Part shown: positions 57,823 through 64,000 of the stretch, in pieces
How positions within the stretch are numbered: the stretch's first letter is position 1
Layout of the letters: each line of letters begins with the position of its first letter
DNA from: Treponema sp.
GTDB lineage: Bacteria > Spirochaetota > Spirochaetia > Treponematales > Breznakiellaceae
Assembly: GCA_031281555.1 (NCBI GenBank)
Contig: JAITFK010000023.1
Location: 444 to 64,443 of the forward strand
Direction: 5' to 3'
Length of the DNA: 64,000 bases
Notes under the pieces: model-generated
The model's input: only the letters and a program-made list of their open reading frames with translations
Databases searched by the model: none
What the model was told of the DNA's origin: nothing
Program-made: the position numbers and the translations under genes

Positions 57823-59070
57823 TTAAAAAGCATAATCAGATAATTTGATATTATTTTCCTTTACCCAAATAAAAATAATACTTTTTATTTCATCATTTGT
57901 TATGGCTGTATTTATTTTACCCTTTGCTTGAACAAGTTCTAAATTAAGCAAATTAATTTCCAATGTAGCTATTCTTTTATCATTTACTTTAACCGAAAAT
58001 ATCGCACAATATCTTGAAACGCATCTATTTACATAGGTAAAAACACAATTATGCATGTCAACGCCTTCTTCATTCAATAATTTTCCGGTTGTTATTTCTG
58101 TAATTGTCCACATTTTTTCATCGATTATGTGAGTAAAATCTTTGATAGTTGTTTTCTCCCATTCTTTATTTTTCATTTCTTCTATTCTCATGGGAGAACC
58201 TAATTGATGATTATATATTTGTGCGTGCCAATCTTCACTCATATGTCTTAGTTGTTGCCATGTTATGTTATTAAAATCAATTTCCCGACCACTTAAAAAA
58301 TCCCAAATATCACTAATTTCATTTTCGTCTCTAACATACTTCTTATTACAGCAAATAAAACGGAAAAACTCTTGAACACGTCTTTCTGTAAGATTAGGAA
58401 ATTTATTAACAAAAAAGTCTAACGATAATTCTAATCCATTTGCTTTTATTTTTGCTCCCCAGAAATGCTGTAATAACTCCCTATAACTGGAATACTTAAA
58501 AAGTAAACTATATGTATCAACCCAATTACAGGTTAAAAAATATTTTACCTCAGTTCTGGTAAAATAGTTTTTATTTCTAGTATAAAATGATTCACCGCTT
58601 AATATATCTGTCAACCATTTATCCGCAACATACCCTATACTATAATAACCTTCTTCACAGTTGATATAGGGAATAAATAAAGAATATGGGATTGGATTTG
58701 GAAAATTCAACCTCAAATAAGAGTAAAAGTCTTTGATAACTGAATAATCTTGCATCCTCCATTTTGATTTAGGAAACCATTTGTTTTTATTTGATTCTTT
58801 GTTCCTTTTATAATCTCTTCTTAATTCATAAAAGTCATTCCAAAATTTATGATTATTATTTTGAGTATCAGGCATAAAGTGAGACAATACGACAAATGTT
58901 TCATGTCTCATAAACTTCAATCCTGTTGTATCATTTCTCTTTTCATTAATATTTCCGATTAAAGTATTGAATATTTTTTCAGGTATTTCTTTAAGTTTCG
59001 GTTTATTTGTTTTATCGTATAGAAGATTATATAATTCTTTATTCATGAGAAGCGGTTTTCTGTTTGCCAT
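57823..59070 (-). CDS. PcfJ-like domain protein
   Basis: C-terminal SEDWH, L.EEG.DMHNCVFTY...C....AIFS....RIATLEI....VQAKG..N. Confidence 0.8.
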   Translation of the reverse strand: MANRKPLLMNKELYNLLYDKTNKPKLKEIPEKIFNTLIGNINEKRNDTTGLKFMRHETFVVLSHFMPDTQNNNHKFWNDFYELRRDYKRNKESNKNKWFPKSKWRMQDYSVIKDFYSYLRLNFPNPIPYSLFIPYINCEEGYYSIGYVADKWLTDILSGESFYTRNKNYFTRTEVKYFLTCNWVDTYSLLFKYSSYRELLQHFWGAKIKANGLELSLDFFVNKFPNLTERRVQEFFRFICCNKKYVRDENEISDIWDFLSGREIDFNNITWQQLRHMSEDWHAQIYNHQLGSPMRIEEMKNKEWEKTTIKDFTHIIDEKMWTITEITTGKLLNEEGVDMHNCVFTYVNRCVSRYCAIFSVKVNDKRIATLEINLLNLELVQAKGKINTAITNDEIKSIIFIWVKENNIKLSDYAF

Positions 59071-59096
59071 ATTATTTTCCCTTCAAAATTAATTTA

Positions 59097-59202
59097 TACC
59101 CGCATACGTAGGTAATATAGATTTTGTACAACAAACTGTACAAAAGAAAGAGTGAGGAACATGGAAATTTATTGTTAAAAAACAACGCTTTCCTGTGTTT
59201 TT
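59097..59202 (-). promoter_or_regulatory. Structured leader element, copy 2
   Basis: Homologous to 57077-57179; upstream of the PcfJ-like gene. Confidence 0.65.
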
Positions 59203-59222
59203 GAAGCATAGTCTTTTAACTC

Positions 59223-59384
59223 CTAACCTTTTGACGGCACATTGTTTCTACCGCCACCTGACGGATTTCCGGTACTGCTTGTCCAAACACCTGTGCTTGG
59301 CTGGAGCGAAGCTGAACGGCCATCGCTTTCGGTTCCATGTCATTGTTTTCCACTACCACTTTTTGAACCGCTATCTTTTATCAT
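59223..59384 (-). pseudogene. Small Gly/Ser-rich ORF with an internal TGA at codon 15
   Basis: AAGGAG RBS; MIKDSGSKSGSGKQ*HGTESDGRSASLQPSTGVWTSSTGNPSGGGRNNVPSKG*. Confidence 0.5.
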
Positions 59385-59849
59385 TATTTACTCCTTAAAA
59401 AAAATTAACCCATATTACAATGGGTTTATACAATAAAATATATCTTTGTTTTTTTGGTTACAAAAAAGAGTTAAAGTTTTTGAAAAATATAGTGATTAAA
59501 AAAACAATATAGAAGTACAGAAAGAGATTCTGACGGGTTATAGGAAAGCTTTTGACGAGCTTTTCAATAATGGAGAAAAAGATGACTTTCTAGGATAGTT
59601 TCTTTCAGAAATGATATTAATTAATTATTTTGTTTACCCGAGACGTGTTATAAATAATTATTACGAATACGGTTGTATTCATGAAGAATTTAAATCGGAC
59701 AAGAAGGAAGAGATGTTTAGTCACCTTAAAAAATCCTGAAATAAATATATAAGAAAAACTTTTGTAAATGAACATAATATATATTGCCTTATAAAAATAA
59801 TTCCTTAATAGATATGCGTCGTACTAACGGTAATAAGATAAATATACTG

Positions 59850-59878
59850 TTGACAGGTTAATTATTATTGGGTATATT
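59850..59878 (+). promoter_or_regulatory. Sigma70 promoter of brnTA
   Basis: TTGACA-17nt-TATATT. Confidence 0.6.
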
Positions 59879-59895
59879 TATATAGGTATGAAAAT

Positions 59896-60189
59896 ATGGT
59901 CAAATTCATATGGGACGAGAAAAAAAACCAGGCTAACTTAAAAAAACATGGCGTTGATTTTAATGATGCTGTACGTGCATGGTATGATCCTGATAGACTT
60001 GATTTTTTTGATGATGAACATAGCATTAATGAGATTAGATGGATATTTCTCGGCGCTATGGCAGGAGTTGTTTTATTTGTAGTAGAAACAGAGCCGGGAG
60101 AAGAAACCGTTCGGATAATTTCAGCCCGCCGGGCTTCCAAACGTGAACAGGAGATATATTATGCCAATAGTAGTAAGAACCATAGATGA
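59896..60189 (+). CDS. brnT: BrnT family toxin
   Basis: FIWDEKKNQANLKKHGVDF, HS..E.RW..LG, RIISARRA. Confidence 0.9.
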   Translation: MVKFIWDEKKNQANLKKHGVDFNDAVRAWYDPDRLDFFDDEHSINEIRWIFLGAMAGVVLFVVETEPGEETVRIISARRASKREQEIYYANSSKNHR

Positions 60190-60466
60190 TCTGCCCGCTC
60201 TTGATGAGGAACGCGTTAATAAACTCAAAAAAATGCGGGATAAAGATATTGATTTTTCTGATATGCCCGCTATGACACAAGAACAACTTGCCAAATTTGT
60301 ACCTGCAAAATTGTTAAATCGTTCCCTTTACAGACCTGTTAAAATACCTGTAAAAATAAATTATGATGCCGATGTACTGGAATGGTTTCGTTCTTTTGGA
60401 AAAGGTTATCAAACAAGAATAAATTCAGCGTTACGTGAATATATGCTTGAGCATTGCGGGAAGTAG
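60161..60466 (+). CDS. brnA: BrnA family antitoxin
   Basis: IDFSDMP, YRPVK, DADVLEWFRS.GKGYQTRIN.ALR; CAGGAG RBS before ATG 60161. Confidence 0.9.
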   Translation: MPIVVRTIDDLPALDEERVNKLKKMRDKDIDFSDMPAMTQEQLAKFVPAKLLNRSLYRPVKIPVKINYDADVLEWFRSFGKGYQTRINSALREYMLEHCGK

Positions 60467-60490
60467 ATTAAATTGCTGTTCAACCACAAC

Positions 60491-61858
60491 CTACCTGACT
60501 TCATTTAACTTTGCCGCAATTTCAAGCAGTTTTTCCCGTGTGTTCTGAGCCGGGTCGTCTAGCACGGTTTCCAGAAGCTCGTTTAAAATAATTCCCATTT
60601 TTTTACCGCTCGGAATACCGATTGAAATCAGATCATTTCCCGAAACAGCAAGGTCTTTCATTGTAAAAGCGCGCCCGCTTGCGAGAATCTTTTTCACCCT
60701 GTCAGTAAGCTGTAAAAGTGAACTTGAATCCGCCTCTTTGCCTGAGAACGCGTATGCGTCGGCGCGGCGCAGGCGGTAGATGTTTTCCAGATTTAGCTCT
60801 CCTGCACGGGCAATAAAACGGCGGACGGCGGCATCGCTCCATTCATCCGTATAGTGAAACATATGCTCTTTTATCAAATGGCAGACGTTGTCTATTGTCG
60901 AATTGGGATAACGCAGACGGCCAAGTATTTTTTGCGCGATCTTGCATGAAACTTCTTCATGACGGTAAAAAGTCCAAACGCCGCTTTTTTCGTCAAGTTT
61001 ACGGACGGAAGGTTTTCCTATATCGTGTAACAGAGCGGCGAGGCGCAGTATTTGCGAATAACCGTTTTGAGCGGCATAGTCGCAGGCTAAAAGCGAATGA
61101 TCCAGCACGTCAAACTGATGAAAACCTTTCTGCTCAATTCCACGGCAGACAGCAAGCTCCTCAAGAAAAAGATGAAGAAGACCCGTTTTTTCCATTAACC
61201 TAAAAGCGCGGGAGGGAAGGGGAGAGGCAAGTATTTTATCAATTTCGTCCCGCACCCTCTCCTGTGAAACTTTAGCGCTCACAGACAAGGCGTCCGGTAT
61301 AGCGGCTAATGTGTTTTCTTCAATTTCAAAACCAAGCTGAGCCGCAAAACGTACGGCGCGCAGAGGCCGCAGTCCGTCTTCGTTAAAACGCTGTGAGGAA
61401 TTTCCTACACAGCGGATGATTTTATTCTTAATATCCTTGGCGCCGTCAAACGGATCGACAATTTCTCCGCCGGGAAGACGCATGGCAATGGCGTTCATTG
61501 TAAAATCTCGGCGGGAAAGGTCTTCTTCTATTCTTGATGTGTATTCGACTTTGTCCGGTCTGCGTCCGTCTGAGTAAACAGCTTCTGTCCTGAATGTGGT
61601 AACTTCGGCATTGTGGTTTTTGTAGAAGACAGTAACGGTTCCGTGTTTTATGCCTGTGGGGATTACTTTACCCTTTACAGCTTTGATTATAGCGGTTACT
61701 TCTTCAGGTGCGGCGTCAGTGGCAATATCCCAGTCATGTATTTTTTTTCTTCGCAGCATATCCCTGACAGCCCCGCCCACAAGGTAAATCTGCTTTCCGC
61801 CGTTGTTAAAAATAGAGGCTATTTCTTTAAGTATTGGGTGAATTGAAAAAAAAGCGAT
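60491..61858 (-). CDS. cca: CCA tRNA nucleotidyltransferase with HD domain (start codon uncertain)
   Basis: YLVGGAVRD, DWD, EVTTFR.E..Y.DGRRP, DLSRRDFTMNA, EDGLRPLRA, LLHDIGK; frame open upstream of GTG 61780. Confidence 0.88.
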   Translation of the reverse strand: MAFFSIHPILKEIASIFNNGGKQIYLVGGAVRDMLRRKKIHDWDIATDAAPEEVTAIIKAVKGKVIPTGIKHGTVTVFYKNHNAEVTTFRTEAVYSDGRRPDKVEYTSRIEEDLSRRDFTMNAIAMRLPGGEIVDPFDGAKDIKNKIIRCVGNSSQRFNEDGLRPLRAVRFAAQLGFEIEENTLAAIPDALSVSAKVSQERVRDEIDKILASPLPSRAFRLMEKTGLLHLFLEELAVCRGIEQKGFHQFDVLDHSLLACDYAAQNGYSQILRLAALLHDIGKPSVRKLDEKSGVWTFYRHEEVSCKIAQKILGRLRYPNSTIDNVCHLIKEHMFHYTDEWSDAAVRRFIARAGELNLENIYRLRRADAYAFSGKEADSSSLLQLTDRVKKILASGRAFTMKDLAVSGNDLISIGIPSGKKMGIILNELLETVLDDPAQNTREKLLEIAAKLNEVR

Positions 61859-61870
61859 ATATTGCTCCTT

Positions 61871-62005
61871 TAGAGTTGTTCAGAAACTTCAGTTTCTGAA
61901 CAACTTCCTTAATAAAAGCATTTTTGTAGTCTGACCACTTATTAAGTGGTCAGACGAGAAAATGCAAGACTTGTTTAACAACCAACCGGGTTGTTAGACA
62001 AGTCT
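61871..62005. repeat. Composite element of three palindromes (REP-like, copy 2 plus two further hairpins)
   Basis: Hairpins at 61873-61906, 61929-61955 (GTCTGACCACTTA-T-TAAGTGGTCAGAC) and 61967-62005. Confidence 0.75.
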
Positions 62006-62047
62006 AATGACTTAATAATCTGTTTTACTATATACTGAATAACACAG

Positions 62048-62719
62048 ATGAAAAACCGGCTCGGTGTTGTTATTACAGGCGGGGAGTGTCCGCCGAAGCG
62101 TATTACCCAGCAGGCAATGCAGGGAAAAAACACGCTTATTGTCGCGGCTGATTCAGGTCTTTTTCACGCGGAGGAAGCGGAGCTAAAACCTGATTACATT
62201 ATAGGCGACATGGATTCAATTGAAGTTATGCGGCTTACCGCCTATCCTGCTGAGTTTGTTATCCGCCATGACCGGGATAAGGATTACACCGATACGGAAC
62301 TTGCGTTTAAGCTGGCTGTCGATAAGGGCTGTGATGAAATATGGATTATCGGCGGCGGCGGCGGCAGGATCGATCACCTGTTCGGTATACGCTCTCTTTT
62401 TGAGCGGGAGATTTTTCCCTGCCGTTGGATCACGGATAACGCCGACATTTGGTGTATTGAGGCTTCGGATAAAACGTCAACCGAAGCATTTTGGGCGGGA
62501 AATACACTTTCCATGAAATCAGGGAATGACAACCTTGTTTCAGTATTCCCGCTTGGCGGCGGGCCGTGGGAAGCGATAAGCGAAGGGTTAAAGTGGCCGC
62601 TTAAAAGTCTCTCATGGGATCGAGGTTTTTTCGGGCTTAGTAATGTCGCTGTAGACGGAGAATTTTTAATTAAAACGGAGAAGGGAAGATTTATGGTAAT
62701 ACTTCCGCTTTTAATTTAG
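62048..62719 (+). CDS. thiN: Thiamine diphosphokinase
   Basis: AADSG, IGDMDS, DKDYTDTELA, GGRIDH, GLKWPL, GLSN. Confidence 0.92.
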   Translation: MKNRLGVVITGGECPPKRITQQAMQGKNTLIVAADSGLFHAEEAELKPDYIIGDMDSIEVMRLTAYPAEFVIRHDRDKDYTDTELAFKLAVDKGCDEIWIIGGGGGRIDHLFGIRSLFEREIFPCRWITDNADIWCIEASDKTSTEAFWAGNTLSMKSGNDNLVSVFPLGGGPWEAISEGLKWPLKSLSWDRGFFGLSNVAVDGEFLIKTEKGRFMVILPLLI

Positions 62720-62731
62720 AAGGAGAGGGTT

Positions 62732-63613
62732 ATGCCGGCGGTAATTATGGACGGAAAGTCTCTTGGAATGAAGATACGCCTGAATTTAAAAGGGAAAACA
62801 GAATTGCTTCAAAAAAAGGGAATAACGCCCTGTCTTGCTGTGATACTGGTTGGCGAAGATCCCGCAAGCGTTTCCTATGTTAAATCCAAAGGAAAAGCGC
62901 TCGTTGAAGCGGGAATGAAAAGCCGCGACATAAAACTGCCTTTTAACACACAGGAAGACGAACTTCTTTCTATCATCAATGATTTAAATAACGATAAAAA
63001 CACGCACGGTATTCTTGTTCAAATGCCGCTGCCAAAACAAATTAACGAAGAAAATATTATTAACGCGATTAATCCTGATAAGGACGTAGATTGTTTTCAT
63101 CCTGTTTCTGTTGGGAATATGGTTATAGGCAGGCAGGGATTTCTGCCCTGTACACCGCACGGGGTTATTTTATTATTGAGGGAATACAATATCCCTTTAT
63201 CAGGATCAAATGTAGTAATTGTAGGCAGATCAAACATTGTAGGAAAGCCGCTTTTAAATATTTTGATACACAAGGAAAATAACGCTACAGTAACTCTTTG
63301 CCATACAGGAACGCGTGATCTAAGTTATCATACACAGCGGGCGGACATTTTAATCGTAGCGGCGGGGAAGCCTTCTTTAATAAAACCGGAAATAGTAAAA
63401 GAAGGCGCTGTAGTGATCGATGTAGGAATAAACCGTGTATCGGATACTTCATCTCCGAAAGGTTACAGACTCTGCGGCGATGTCGATGAAGCTGTAATTG
63501 AAAAAGCTTCATTTTTTTCACCGGTTCCGGGAGGTGTCGGCCCGATGACTATCGCAATGCTGCTTCAAAATGTACTTGAGGCTGCGGAAAGAAGCATAAC
63601 TTCGTTCAAATAA
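62732..63613 (+). CDS. folD: Methylenetetrahydrofolate dehydrogenase/cyclohydrolase
   Basis: VGEDPAS..YV..K, QMPLP, KDVDCFHP, PCTP, GRSNIVGKP, DVGINR, PVPGGVGPMT. Confidence 0.96.
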   Translation: MPAVIMDGKSLGMKIRLNLKGKTELLQKKGITPCLAVILVGEDPASVSYVKSKGKALVEAGMKSRDIKLPFNTQEDELLSIINDLNNDKNTHGILVQMPLPKQINEENIINAINPDKDVDCFHPVSVGNMVIGRQGFLPCTPHGVILLLREYNIPLSGSNVVIVGRSNIVGKPLLNILIHKENNATVTLCHTGTRDLSYHTQRADILIVAAGKPSLIKPEIVKEGAVVIDVGINRVSDTSSPKGYRLCGDVDEAVIEKASFFSPVPGGVGPMTIAMLLQNVLEAAERSITSFK

Positions 63614-63753
63614 TTCTTGCCGGGAAACAATAAAATAAAAAATGGGGTTATTAAAGAAATAAGACAAGATACAATGGCGATCCGGAAGACTACTCTTCTG
63701 TAATATATTTGATTTTTATCTACATCAGGTATCATTCGATTATTTCCTCCTCA

Positions 63754-64000
63754 CTACTTTTTTTGCGCATTGAACAATAAAAGAGAGTCAATCACCATAA
63801 TGATCAGGAATATGGCCAGAGAAATCCGGCTCTGTATTTTGGGGATAACATAAAATCTCGCGAGTCCGTCGGTTATAAGCTGAAAACTGGTATAAATTAT
63901 GATCCCGCTCAAGATAAAACGTATCGCCACAACCTTGACCTTGACAAACACCAAAGCTCCCAGATAACCGCCGGCCACCTTGCCCGAAAGCCAGGGCAGT
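63754..64000 (-). CDS. Membrane protein C-terminus, possibly TauE/SafE family (5' part outside window)
   Basis: GKVAGGYLGA followed by hydrophobic helices; frame runs to the window edge. Confidence 0.45.
   Translation of the reverse strand, partial: LPWLSGKVAGGYLGALVFVKVKVVAIRFILSGIIIYTSFQLITDGLARFYVIPKIQSRISLAIFLIIMVIDSLLLFNAQKK

Noticed and set aside
63565-63735. Short minus-strand hydrophobic ORF with a GAGGAGG RBS (MIPDVDKNQIYYRR...)
   Set aside because: About 56 codons, overlapping the folD 3' end in antisense; may be a real small or truncated gene but no family can be supported

Overview
Bacterial chromosomal DNA, most likely from a Treponema-like spirochete (inferred from a P83/100-family protein, the coaD-rpmF-acpP-rnc gene order and spirochete-type lipoproteins). 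Positions 1-32 kb and 60.5-64 kb carry housekeeping and metabolic genes (era, thrH, birA, uxaC, rsmE, iscS/iscU, pcnB, coaD, rpmF, acpP, rnc, a GH30 plus sugar ABC cluster with a duplicated permease, cca, thiN, folD). Between ~32.2 and ~60.5 kb lies an accessory/defence island. Its core is an ~18-kb minus-strand run of 11 genes: stand-alone CARF protein, divergent sigma-70-like factor, two vWA proteins, PP2C phosphatase, Ser/Thr kinase, UPF1-like SF1 helicase, wHTH-HEPN protein, coiled-coil McrB-like GTPase, DUF2357/Hsp70-like fusion, and a dual-CARF PD-(D/E)XK nuclease. This matches a Type III CoCoNuT system, here with an unusual CARF plus sigma-factor module at its 5' end. Next to it are a frameshifted MoxR ATPase with a vWA-metallopeptidase, inverted 11-bp repeat arrays, a duplicated structured ~105-nt leader, small low-complexity ORFs, and intact and decayed toxin-antitoxin modules. 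No CRISPR array, tRNA, rRNA, integrase or transposase was recognised. All family calls come from motif reading, not database searches.
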